A stretch of 64,000 bases of DNA from Cystobasidiomycetes sp. EMM_F5 (lineage: Eukaryota): positions 1,054,001 through 1,118,000 of the forward strand of contig JBPGPT010000002.1 of the NCBI GenBank assembly GCA_051047955.1. Reading direction: 5' to 3'. Shown in pieces: positions 22,096-33,679 of the stretch (its first letter is position 1; each line of letters opens with the position of its first letter). Under the pieces are notes generated by a model, which saw nothing but the letters and a program-made list of their open reading frames with translations, made no database searches and was not told the DNA's origin. A program made the position numbers and the translations under genes.

Positions 22096-24526
22096 TCATT
22101 CAATGACCTCGACGTAATTAGCAGGGAACCTATACATTTTTTTTCCCTTGCATCAGCAACACGGCCTAATGAAAATGCGAGAATTAGCACCCACAGTCCT
22201 CTGTTTCCGTGCACGGTTCCGGTCCACCAGTCATCCGTGCTAAATTCAAGTTCGGTAATCTCGTCATCCTCCGCAAAGGCTGAACAGAGCAGGTAGTAAG
22301 CTCGCTGTGTACGTAGAATAGCCAAGTTCGCAGTGAGACTTACATATCTCATTATCTTCGTCTGCTGTATAATCATACAAGGCCCTCGCTCGTGGTCCGC
22401 TGGCTGACTGCGGCTCAGGCTCAGCTTGGCGCGGAGGCATGGGTGGTGCAGGCGGCGCAGCTGGAGCCACTGGAGCTACTGGAGGCATTGGCGGAGCGGC
22501 TGGAGCAGCGGGCGGGGCTGGCGGAGCAGCAGGCGCAGACGGAGCAGGCGGAGGTGCAGGTGCGGACTGCGCTTCTTCAACTAGCTCTACGTAGTTTGCT
22601 GCAGGTGCGGCGGAAGGTGAGCATGGCCCCGTATTCACGGAAGAGTGGTCAAAATTACCTGGGAAGACTCCAGACTTGCCGTTGTGTGTTCCGCTCCACC
22701 ATCCGTCGTCGACTTCCTCGATAGAATCTATGATTTCACCTTCGGCGAGATCCAGCTCATTCTCCTCCTCTGCTGCGTAGTCGAAGAGTACCCTTGCACG
22801 TTTACCGCCTGCAGTCGGCGATGCACTGGAAAAACATGCACGGCTATTTAGCGGAAGTATCCTGCATTCGTGCGATCATTTCGCGTGCAACTTACGCAAG
22901 ACTCTGTTGCACGCTGAGGCTAGCCATCTGGCGCGTTGGCGCTTCACCCTCATCATCATGGTCAGCAGCTCCGGCATTGACCGCTGGTGCAGGCGGAGCG
23001 GGTGGAGGAGCAGGCGCTGCAGGTGCTGGTGGTGCAGCTGGAGCAGCTGGCGGTCGTGTGCTCATCGATGGTGCAGGCGGAGCGGCTGGAGCGGGAGGTG
23101 CCATAGGAGCGGGCGGGGCAGTCGGTGGAGCAGCCGACGACAACGTCCTCTGGATACCGAGTGGCGGACTCAATACTTTGGAAGCGGAAGAGATGGCCGC
23201 AGCAGACGCTGCTTCTTCATCCTCCCTCTGCTTCTTAGCTGCAGCCTGACGCTCAGACCATGTGAGTTTTTTGCCTGCTGCTGCACCACCACTAGCAGAG
23301 TAGCCGGAGCCTGACGAAGGCTGCTGCTGGAAAGCTGACAACCTGTCGCCTAGCTTCCCGGCTCGCGGTACTTGGACTGGCGTGTACGCCGTGCCCTGTA
23401 ATTACGCGAACAATACATCAGCATGTGATGATAGATACAGAGACATCTTCTCACAACTGGAGCAGGAGGTTCGTATGACGATTTGGCCGTTTCGCTGAAG
23501 TTCGAGGCGGAAGAGTTGAAAGAAGGCCTCGTCACAGCTGCGGGTGGCTGTAGAGGGACGACTGTTAGCTGCAAATGTCTGCGGGTATTATTGTGCCTGC
23601 TCACCACAGGTCGAGAAGCAGCAGGCGGAGCAGCAGGAGGAACTGACGTAGTTGACGGAGTGAGCGAGATGTTTCGCTCAGACTGTGCTTGCGTTCGTAG
23701 CGCATTCAGATCCGGACGACCGATAGGTACATACGAAGATCCTACTACAGTAGGAGCTTCCATCTTGCTGCCTGCCGTGAGTGCATTCATGTCTGGCCTT
23801 CCAATAGGCACGTATGCCGAGCCGACCGGAGCGGGACGTTCCATTTTAGGCGGAGGTGCTTGGATATTCTGCTGCACCTGATCCATTCCTGCTGTGTATT
23901 TTGCACCACCTGCGTCTGCTACACGCTTCATTATGAGCTTTGTGTCGACGTCTGCTTCGCTTCGAGCTTGAATGACGACGTGAGCGCTGTGAGCGAGCAC
24001 TCACATCAGCCGGACCAGTACGCAAGGATGAATGTACACGCACCCGGTAAGGACGCGCGCTACGTCGTTGGCATAGACCTGGTACTTGCTCTTTCTCTGA
24101 ACGGGAACACCGCCTCCGCACCAGTTTATGGTGACAAACTTCTGGAGCTTTGAAGCTTCGTCGACGACTCTGGCGAATGCAAACTGCATTCTGTGCATGT
24201 CGGGGAGCGTCCATCCATCAGCTCTTGATACTTTGGCACTTTGGCACTGTTGACGGCCATTATGACGCACTTTCCATCGCTAAACTCGTCCTTCATGTCG
24301 TCGAGCGTCGAGTCCTTGTAGCCCTGCTCCTCGAGCTTGAGCTCATCCTTTGCATTGAGCGTAAAGACGGCCCAGCTGCTCGTCCCGTTTCGAACGGCGT
24401 TGTAGGCGTTGACGATGTCCGGCGAGCCCAGGTTGATGCCAGACTGCGTACACAGCACGGCGGGATAAAGGACTCAGTCATATTCCTTCGAATAAAAGCA
24501 CGCTGCTGCTGGTGTTTCCTTACCAT
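22096..24526 (-). CDS. ABP1: Actin-binding protein Abp1/drebrin-like (ADF-H, Pro-rich, two SH3)
   Basis: First coding exon is ATG only (24524-24526). ADF-H: DEFSDGKMQFAFARV...KFVTINWCGGGVP...AHVVIQARS. KKLTWSERQ; two SH3 domains (ARVLFDY...GWWSG...GVFPANYV; ARALYDY...DWWTG...GLFPANYV). Confidence 0.93.
22400..23140 (-). repeat. Coding low-complexity Pro/Ala repeats (PAAPPAP) in the Abp1 linkers
   Basis: GGAGCAGC/GGCGG-rich imperfect repeats in two blocks flanking the first SH3. Confidence 0.7.
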
Positions 24527-25228
24527 GTTGTCTGGTGGATTGTCGAATAGCAAGGCAGGCAAAAGGCAAGGCAAGCGGGGTGTAAAGTGCTATCCAGCGA
24601 CTAAGTCATGGCTTCATTGCTCAGAGCACACTCCGGCCTCGCTCTGAACAACGCGCACACTGATGTGACTACAACTCGCTCTTTGTATCGGCCACAGGCT
24701 TGTTTGCATTCGCCTTGGACGAGGATCCCCCGCCAAAGAGGCCTTGGACAAACGAGGTCGCTGGGTTGGCGGCATTGTGGTCTGCGCAAGTGCATTGCTC
24801 TTCTTGCGGAATCTTGGTCATGACCTGCAAAGAGTCTCAGCTTTACATTACGACCAGCATGGTTAGTTGGCCCGCTTGCCGCATCGATGTGCTATATCAT
24901 CAGCGAGTGTCAGTATTCCAGTCATCAGCGCAGCATGCAACAGTCAGTCCACCTTTCCGCATCCCCGCCACGTCTTCCTGCAGAAATCAACCAAGTCTGA
25001 GCTCGTGAATGTCGTTTTATAGCAATATACAGCCATTGCATCGACATACTTTCCGCACCCGTCATTCTGGCAGCGCGCTTCCATGCACATTGTGTATATG
25101 TCGGTACTGTTTGCAGAGTTGATCTTGCTGCAGGTCTTTCAATCTGTTGGTCAACTTACAACCCAGTCTTGATGGTCGTCATACGGCTTCCCATCATTCC
25201 ATACATCTTATTTCAGCCTGCCCATGAT

Positions 25229-25964
25229 ATGCAAGCTGCACTCCGACAACGATTGCCGCGTATCGCATCGTGGTCGACTGGGTTTGCGCAGGTGCGTCAG
25301 GATCGTTATTGGCCTTGCATTGTGTAAATGTACAAATATCTAATACGATGCTTGCCAGGCCATGTTTGCAGCGGTCCTCTTCAAGGAACACGTCGCTGAC
25401 ATTAATCCAGTGAGATTGCGCTGATGCCACCACTCAAAAGCTCATTCCACACCGTGCTGAAACCAGTCGTGCGCACAAGTGCGTCGGGGCATCCATGTAT
25501 CCCACTCTGTCCCTCGAGAAAGACTGGCTGCTCACAATACGAATGACTACAGTCCGCAATCTCTTCCAACGTAATGCCCCGCACGTCAGCCGAGGTGATC
25601 TCGTCGAGTTCACTTCCCCGTCAGATCCAAGCTACGACTGCTGCAAGCGCGTGGTTGGGATTGAGGGGGATGTCGTGTGCGTGGATCCGTCAAGGGAGAA
25701 TGATCCCGACGCGGTCGACTGGGTAAAGATTCCACCAGGCTATCTCTGGGTCGCAGGAGACAACACATCGCATTCTACCGATTCGAGAACGTATGGTCCC
25801 CTCCCGCTAGGACTCGTTCAAGGCAAAGTTGTCGCAAGGGTGCGTATGCCTTCCAAGCGGCACCTTGCAGCAGCACTGACAATCCATCCCCTTGGCCTGT
25901 GCAGATCTGGCCAAGACCGCGATGGCTTACAGCAGCCAGAGACCACGTCGCTGTCGTGCAATGA
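25229..25964 (+). CDS. IMP1: Mitochondrial inner membrane peptidase subunit 1 (S26 family)
   Basis: LFKEHV...CVGASMYPTL (catalytic Ser), RGDLV...CKRVVG (Lys) and GDNTSHSTDSRTYGPLPLGLVQGKV...IWP. Confidence 0.85.
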
Positions 25965-26981
25965 AGCTCGCGATGATGCGATCAAGAGGGTCCAGTACTA
26001 GAACTGCTCGCACTTCTCTTCATCGTCGTACTTTCCTGTGGATGACAGCGACAGGCTCACAGCAAACTCTCAACACTCCGCGGCCCGACGTCGGCTCCGC
26101 GTAAAGGCGAGAGACACAAGCCGTTGCAACGGTCAACGGTCAGCTGGGTGGCGTAAATTGGACGTGCATTCACCGCAAACTCGCTGGTACAAAGAGGTAG
26201 CCATGGTCGCTGACAAGAGCTGCGATGCTTAACAGCAACCTTTGTTTTCGCGGCTAGAGGAGAAATGCGCCAACTTGGAAGACAACTCGGCCATGTCTTG
26301 GCGTAAACTTCGCTTGTGAGGCTCCGTGCCGCGTGAGCAAACTCGTCGCTTCCAGGGAGTGCGGCGACTTCCTCCCTGCAGCTTTCACCCAGCGGCAGCC
26401 GAATCGCGTAAAGTTGCTCAGGGCCGTGTGCAAGCTTGGTTGCTTACATATGCAGCATCAAGCTCCCGATTGTTGACAGTTCCGAGGCGTTCGAGCGGAA
26501 GCGACGTCTGGATTATGTTTCCGGTGTAAACGGGTCCACTACATATCCAAACCTACGGTACAGTACGGTACCAGTTGGCGTACTTCCCACGCTAAACAAT
26601 CATCAAATCATCGAATGGTTCAACACATTAATCAAGTGTTTCTCGATATCCGTCGCAGAATGTTTGTGCTCGTCAAGAAAAAGTATGGTCAACTCCGATT
26701 CGCCACTTTTCACTCCACGGATTACTCAAGCATCAGCCGAAAGAAGCGAAAATTACTTCAGATCTCGGCCCAGTCATCTGTTCTGGCCTTCGCTTGCTGT
26801 GTAAGGCCTCGTCCGAGTCTGCGCATACATAAGCGCTGCTCGCTTTCCACCTTCTCTCCTCTGCTCTGCTCGACCATCTTGCACACTCTTCACGCTCTTT
26901 GCACCCACTTCATACTTGCATTCATACTCATACCAAGCACATAAGCACGACATACATTCAAAACACCTGCATCATCAATTC

Positions 26982-28914
26982 ATGGCGACTCCATCCTCAG
27001 CAATGCTCGACAGCTGTGGGACGACTCTTCGTGGGGATAGTTGCGCAGTCAGCATCAAGCAAGACGATAGCTGTGCCTCCAGCACGCACGGCAATCTCGA
27101 CTGTCTACCTGTGCTCAACAGCGAAGCAGCTGCTCCGACACCCACTATAAAATCGTACTACCTCGCTCCATTCAGGTGCAGCGATTGGTACATGACGTTT
27201 TGCGTTGGCTTCAGTAGGCAGCAGATGACTCTCATTACTGTATTCAATTCAATGTCGCTGATGGACATCCTCCTTCCGCGTCATCTTCAGCTTTCCTCGT
27301 GCAGGCCTCCGTCTACGGCTTATACACCCCAATCATCCCTTACCAGCTAGCTAGCACCGGTCAGCAAGACATCGGTATCCTTACAGGTTACATGGCTTCA
27401 GCCTTTGCTGGCGGCCTATGTATTGCTTCGCCAATCACTGGCTACCTCTCGCGCAGGTTCAAGGTGAGTCATCGAATTCAATCAGTCTGCTTCACATATG
27501 CGTTCTCACATGTACATTGATTCGTCACTAGCAAAAAAGAACCATGCTCCTCGCATTCACTGCTTTCGCCGCCTCGTCTGACATACTCCTGATCGCGACA
27601 AGCGGAGTTGCCAGCCTGGTGGTTGCGCGAGCTCTGCAGGGGGTGGCGACTGCCGGAATATGGACAGTCGCTACCGCTCTCCTTCTAGACAATGTCAGCA
27701 TGTCTCGAGCAGGGATGCTCATGGCATGTGCGATGGTCTTGTACAGCGTGAGTGACCACTATCGGGTAATGCTTATAACCCTGAAAGACTAATTAACGCA
27801 CATCTTGACGCCAGATCGGAGGCATTATCTCCCAGACACTGGGTGGCATCATGTATTCCGCACTAGGGTGGAAGTCTGTTGGCTTCGCTGGACTTGGACT
27901 CTGTTAGTCATACTTGTCATCTCATAAAGACTATCCGTTGACAGTCTTCTGCGTCCAGGCGCCGCCAACATGATCTTTCTCTTCACCTACCTCGAGAAGC
28001 GGCAAATCCTCGCGTCGATTGGTCTACCTCTTGACAGCAAGTCGGCGCCAGCCACGCATGAAATCAGGTCGATCTCCGTCCTTGCGCAAGTCAAGCTGTT
28101 GATACACAATTCAAAATTAATGGTGTCCCTTGCGGTCACGGGTGTCTACGCATTTTACATCAGCGGTAAGACTGTGTGGTCATATTGTTTGCTGGCTCTG
28201 TGCTAATGCTCCGCGGATTGCACAGGCGTGATAACCACAGCATTATCCCTACGTCTAGCGGAAAGATATGCTTTGACAGCTTCCCAGACAAGTCTGGCTT
28301 TCCTGGCCATCTCCATACCTGCTGCCGCCTCTGGACCGTTCGCCGGCTGGCTGACTGACCGCTTCGGAGCGAGATGGGCGCTCCTGATTTGTTTGTCAAA
28401 CTACATCGTCTGGCTCGCGTTGGCGTGTGTGGATGCGCTACCCTTCGCCGCCTTCGTGGTCGTCCTAGCAGGCCTTGGACTCGCTCAGGGGTCAGTTAAC
28501 CAGTCGAGCATGCCTTAGACCCTATGCTAACGTGAGCTGCCCTTTTTGCAGCCTGGTCGTGACGCCAATCCTGGTCTACATGGCTGCGGCCGATCGGGAG
28601 GCAAAGATCCAGTTGGGAAGTAGCGTTATATACGCCGCATGGAACGTAAGTCTACTGTGCTTGTCATCATAACATAATTGTTGGCTCATCTGCTTCCTGT
28701 GTAGTTTCTTTACGCGATTGCAGCACTCATCTTCCCTCTGGCAGCTGGTCCTTTGCTGCAGCAGCTCGGAGTGTCGCAAGGGTGGAAGGTGATTGTCGGA
28801 ACGACGGCAGCTCTCATGGCAGTAGCATTCGCACTTGTCGTTAGATACATCACGGTCATTCATCTGCCGGCGGAGGTACGGCTCGAGCCTGTGGACGAAA
28901 AGTTGACGGTATGA
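26982..28914 (+). CDS. MFS transporter (SLC18/vesicular amine transporter-like), paralog A
   Basis: YTPIIPYQL, SPITGYLSRRF, ARALQG and GWLTDRFG; a 12-TM-like hydrophobic pattern after splicing. Confidence 0.85.
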
Positions 28915-29643
28915 CGACTGCCAGATGGGTCGAATATTGATACTTTCACAATTGTAAATTTACCCAGCGTATCCCATCAAGACACTCTCTACGGTTAGCA
29001 TCATCATCTGCAATGGATTGGCATCACTCTTGTACATCATTTCATTGATACAGAGGAAGCTTGGAGTTCGACGTGACGTATGAGCGATGCGACTGTGTTC
29101 CGCGTACATAGCCATTTTCCTCGATTCCGGCCTGCGATTATGTACAAAGGATCCGAAGTCCGGCTCCTACAAGCGTCCTGCCGGTCCAGAGCTATCGCTT
29201 GTGTTGGGCGTCATACCACGGTGTTCTTCCGTGATCACTGATGTCGTCTGAAGTTGCCGGCGTTGCCCAGCAATATCGGTCGAGTTAGGCAGTATTGGGC
29301 AGCGCTATAGTCACTAGGCTCCCTTGGGCAGCAATTCAAGAGTGTACTGTCGATCTGGTGCAGGGTTTGACAGTGTTCGCCACCTGTCACCCCCTCCGCA
29401 TTGGCGGGTTTAGCCGAAGAACATTGCGTAACGTCTCTCGCTTGCTGCTGCTTGCTGATCCCGCTAAATCTGCATATCTGCATATCTTGCAATGGCTTCT
29501 TCTTTGGTTGGCTCCTTCACCATTCTCGGTGCACTTCCGGAGATCAGCCTACGAGACGCATCTACCAAGCCTCGAATTTTCCCCTTGTGTATCGCTATAC
29601 GAAAGCTTAAACGCCCTTTGAAGCTACGAACGGAACTATCAGC

Positions 29644-31560
29644 ATGTCGGATAGTATCAAACTGCAGAGCTCGCACGAACCACCCAAGGATGGCGAGGAG
29701 GCGGTCTTGCAGACGCCAACGGCTGTAGAACAGCAACAAACAATATATCGGGTACAAAAGTACGCGCTCGCGTCATTGAGGAGTAGCGATTACTTCATCA
29801 CTTTCGTGATAGGATTCTGTAAGTCTCGTTCCACGATCTACTGAATGCGGTGAAGCTTGCTGATATACTCTCAGGTATGCTGGTCCAGAGCGCTGTGTAT
29901 CAGCTTTACACACCCATCATCCCCTTCCAGCTGGAAAATACCGGTGTGACCGATGTCGGCACTTATACAGGCTACGTCGCCTCGGGCTTCGCTGGCGGAC
30001 TCTGCGTTGCGGCCCCGCTTTTCGGTCATCTGGGAAAGCGATACAAGGTAAGACGTACCTCAGTGTATCCAAGTTGCGGATCGCTTATCGCGTCCGCTGC
30101 CCCCCTCTCCCCTTCGGTCCTCAGAAGTACCGACGCGCTCTTTTGGTCGCACTGATGGTATTGACTGCGGCGTCGGATATTCTCGGCGTGACAATATCTG
30201 GCTTTATAAGCATGCTGATGGCGCGAATCATCCAAGGCATTAGCACTACTGGCGTGTGGGTGTTGGCAGTCTCGCTCATGATGGAAAATATCAATGAAGC
30301 GCGGGCTGGCATGTTGATGGCATGGGCACTCCTGCTGTACAGCGTGAGGCGGTGATATCTCATCTAGCTGGGTGTCAGACTAAGTAGCTCTGCCGTGCTC
30401 AGATTGGTAACCTGGCTGCACAAGCTCTTGCTGGAACCATGTATACAAATCTTGGATGGAAGTCCGTCGGCTTCGCTGGCATCATCCTGTGTAAGTAGTT
30501 CCGCAAGCATCAGAGCGGTAGAATGCCATAGGAATGCTGATGTCGACCCCATGCCTATGCAGGTGCCTTGAATGCACTTCTCCTGATGCTATACTTGGAG
30601 AAGTCTCAAATCAGCTTAAGCGAGTCTGCCCATACAGGACAGAGGTCCGAGTCGGATGCTCCTATAACCGCCGAGATATCTCATTGGGCGCAGCTGAGAC
30701 TGCTTGCTTCAAACTCTCGACTGGTGGTACCACTTTTTGTCATGGCAGCGTACGGAATTTATGTTAGCGGTCAGTCTGCAAGCTAGCCATCATCGCTCAA
30801 GCGTTAGCTGACTTTACAGATTAGGCATGCTGACAACAGCATTAGCAATCCGACTAGCCGACCGTTATGGACTTGATGCAGCGCAGACCAGTCTGGCGTT
30901 CCTTGCGATCTCAGTACCAGCTGCCATTAGCGGGCCTCCTGCTGTTTGCCTAAGCCTCTGTAGTCTCGGACGCGCGACTGATGCCTCGTATCACAGGGCT
31001 GGCTAACGGATAAGTTCGGCGCAAGAATCAGCTTAATTATCTGCCTGGTAATCTACACAATTTCCCTTGCCTTAGCTTGCATAGATGCGCTACCGCTTTG
31101 GGCATTCTTGTTGGTGCTCGTAGGCATAGGAATTGCACAGGGGTGAGTCAGAGTCAGAGGCCGCAATTTTGCCGCTAGATTCTGATTGATGCAACTAGCA
31201 TCATTGTTACACCTTTACTGTGTTACCTGGCAGCCGCCGATAAAATAGAGAAAGTCCAACTTGGAACCAGCTTTCTATATGCCATGTGGAACGTAGGTAT
31301 TTCTCGTCCGCCGCACTGGAGCCCAACTGACTGTTACGTTGGCTTTGTAGTTTGTATATTCCATTGCCTTCTTGGCGTTCCCATTCGTAGCAGGAGCCAT
31401 TATATCGGCGATGGGCATATCGAGAGGATGGAAAGTCATCACTGGCATGACGGCCGTCGGCACAGCGGTTGCTCTGGGTCTCACTGTGAAATATGTGACT
31501 GTGCTCCCTCTTCCCAGTGGGGTTGCCGACGATACGACAGATGACAAGATAGAAGTATAG
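29644..31560 (+). CDS. MFS transporter (SLC18-like), tandem paralog B
   Basis: YTPIIPFQL, APLFGHLGKRY, ARIIQG and GWLTDKFG; colinear with paralog A and sharing most intron positions. Confidence 0.85.
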
Positions 31561-31691
31561 GCCTTACGGGTGGCTGGACCGCGTGCAGACAAATCGCCAT
31601 ATCGCGAAGATATAATGAAGCCGCGCAGCAGTTGATCCAGATGCAGCCCGTTCATCGGAAAAAGAAGACTCCGACCGAGCTTATTAAGTGC

Positions 31692-33429
31692 TTATAGCAG
31701 GAACTCCTCTATCAAAGGTCTCAGGTCGTTTCTGGTAGCAGTTCGTTCGTTGATGATACTTTCGCTGTAGTTTGGCAAAGATAAACGCGTTTTCAACATG
31801 CCGTTCACAGCTAGTGGCGTATTTTGCAATTCCAGGAAGTTGGCCAAACAACCGTAGCAGAGCATGTCCGCCAAATCTTGAGTAGTTCCCACATCATGCG
31901 TCGTACTTTTGTTTTCGTTCTCGTTCTCCCCTGATGCATCGGCATCGGATAGAGTTGACAGGGAAGCTGCTTTACGCCATTGTCTTGCCTGCGTATCGGC
32001 TGGTCTGCAAACGTATCAAAGTCAGCAACAGCCCACGTACTGTTTGTGAAGCAGCTCACAGGCTACATAGCGGACACTGAGGCAAGGTGACACTCCCTGC
32101 TGATCGCATGCCGACCTTCCCGCTTGTTCTACTGATGACGGAAACGGTTGACGGGAAGCTCCTCTCTAGATCCGAGACAAATTCTGCTTTATCATAAGCA
32201 GTATTCTCAAACATAAGGTGGACGTTACACCTACTCTGTACGAGCCCGCTAATGCCTAAGTCGTCTTGCGGGATCGCCGGGCTAGAGATGGTCCATCCCT
32301 TAATAGTTTGCGCTTGAAACAAAACTTCGTCATTGTTCAATGCAGACAGCGGTCGATATACGCGGACATCTGCAGGCGGTTTGCTGAGGTCAGCACAGAG
32401 CGCCTAAGCCCCGAGAGCACGTACTTGTACCAGGTACCACGACATCCGCAACTCCGACGGCCTCGCCCAAACTGTAGCCTTGCCCATTAGCTATAGCTGA
32501 AAGCGTTACTGCAGCCAATTCTGTGGACGTCTGCGGGAAGATCAGGATTCGATGCCCATGTTCGTGGGCGTATTGGCACATGTATGCGTCTTGTACTCCA
32601 GCCGACAAGCTTTGCCTTGCTGTTGCGCTCAAACCTCTTGCAGCGAGTAGGATGTCCGCATGATCTCGCGCGGATGATAGCGGCATACCTGGAAGGTTCA
32701 CAATTTCAGCCGTGTCCTCGCCAGCCAGTCACAACTTGGTCTCACCATTGCCGCGTATTTCAACAGCAAGGCCTGATTTATGGAACACATCTTGCATATC
32801 AACAACGTCGATAGTGCGACTGTATCGAGCTGCGAATGCGTGAAGGTCGTCCAGACTGGTAGATATTGAGTCGTCCTTCCGTACATGAACCATGCGCAAG
32901 TCCGTAAATAAAGATGGACGCTGCGTAGCTCCAGACTCTTTTTCTTCAAAGTATAGAGTATGTAGATAATCGAGCGTAACTCTGTGAATGACAGCTTCTC
33001 AGCCAAATGTTCGAAACATCTTGAGCAGGCTTACCTAGACGCCAGATCGTCTCGCATTACGAGAAGAATGGAGAAATCGGTGCATCTTGACTTAGTGGGA
33101 CTTCTCTCGTCCAGAGGTCGACAATTTGGCATCAATTCTCGAAACCGTCTAATTGCGATGAACGCAAAGCAGACGCTAGACACGGGCATTTTACTCAGCA
33201 AATTGGGGGTTCTCTCTTCCTCACACTCACCGACAATGATGCGCATGGCTCCGCGAGATTTCTACAGGCCGTTCTCGACATCTGACGCAAATCGATGGTT
33301 TGGAGCCTTTCGGTCGAACTGCAGACTGACAGTCTCAGCATCCGCACAACCATTTTTGTACCAGTGCCCCGTCTCCGCACCAGGCATATTGGCTGTGTCA
33401 TCATCCTCTGCATTTCTACTGCACGACAT
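31692..33429 (-). CDS. NCS2: Cytoplasmic tRNA 2-thiolation protein 2 (Ncs2/Ctu2)
   Basis: N-terminal CVRC...HCRVCF, TSTELAAVTLSAIANGQGYSL, LERSFPSTVSVISRTSGK, CPLC and C-terminal LCYGC. Confidence 0.8.
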
Positions 33430-33679
33430 GGCTTCAAACAATGTTGTTCAAAGGCAAGAAATTTCCAAACGCCACACGAAAGACAGTCGCGTAAAGTGGA
33501 CGCACGCAGTATATGCGCGATGAGCGAATTACCTACAAAGTCATAACGAGGAGGACCTGTGTAGCTGCATTAAAATACAACGAAGTTGGCGTTTCGAGCG
33601 AAATGGCTAGCGTGGCGAGCCATGCATGTCACGCCCCTGGCGTCCAGACGCTGTACGAAGCGCTCATCTCTATGAGACT

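Noticed and set aside
22392..23314. Gly/Ala-rich plus-strand ORFs (22392-22724, 22794-23249, 22907-23314)
   Set aside because: Antisense shadows of the Pro/Ala-rich Abp1 linkers, with no independent gene signals.
5118..24526. ARP2 and ABP1 in one window as an actin-patch gene cluster
   Set aside because: They are separated by about 15 kb and eight unrelated genes; consistent with chance.
24530..25228. Short ORFs or a possible ncRNA in the ABP1-IMP1 divergent spacer
   Set aside because: No consistent spliced model and no tRNA, snRNA or snoRNA hallmarks recognised.
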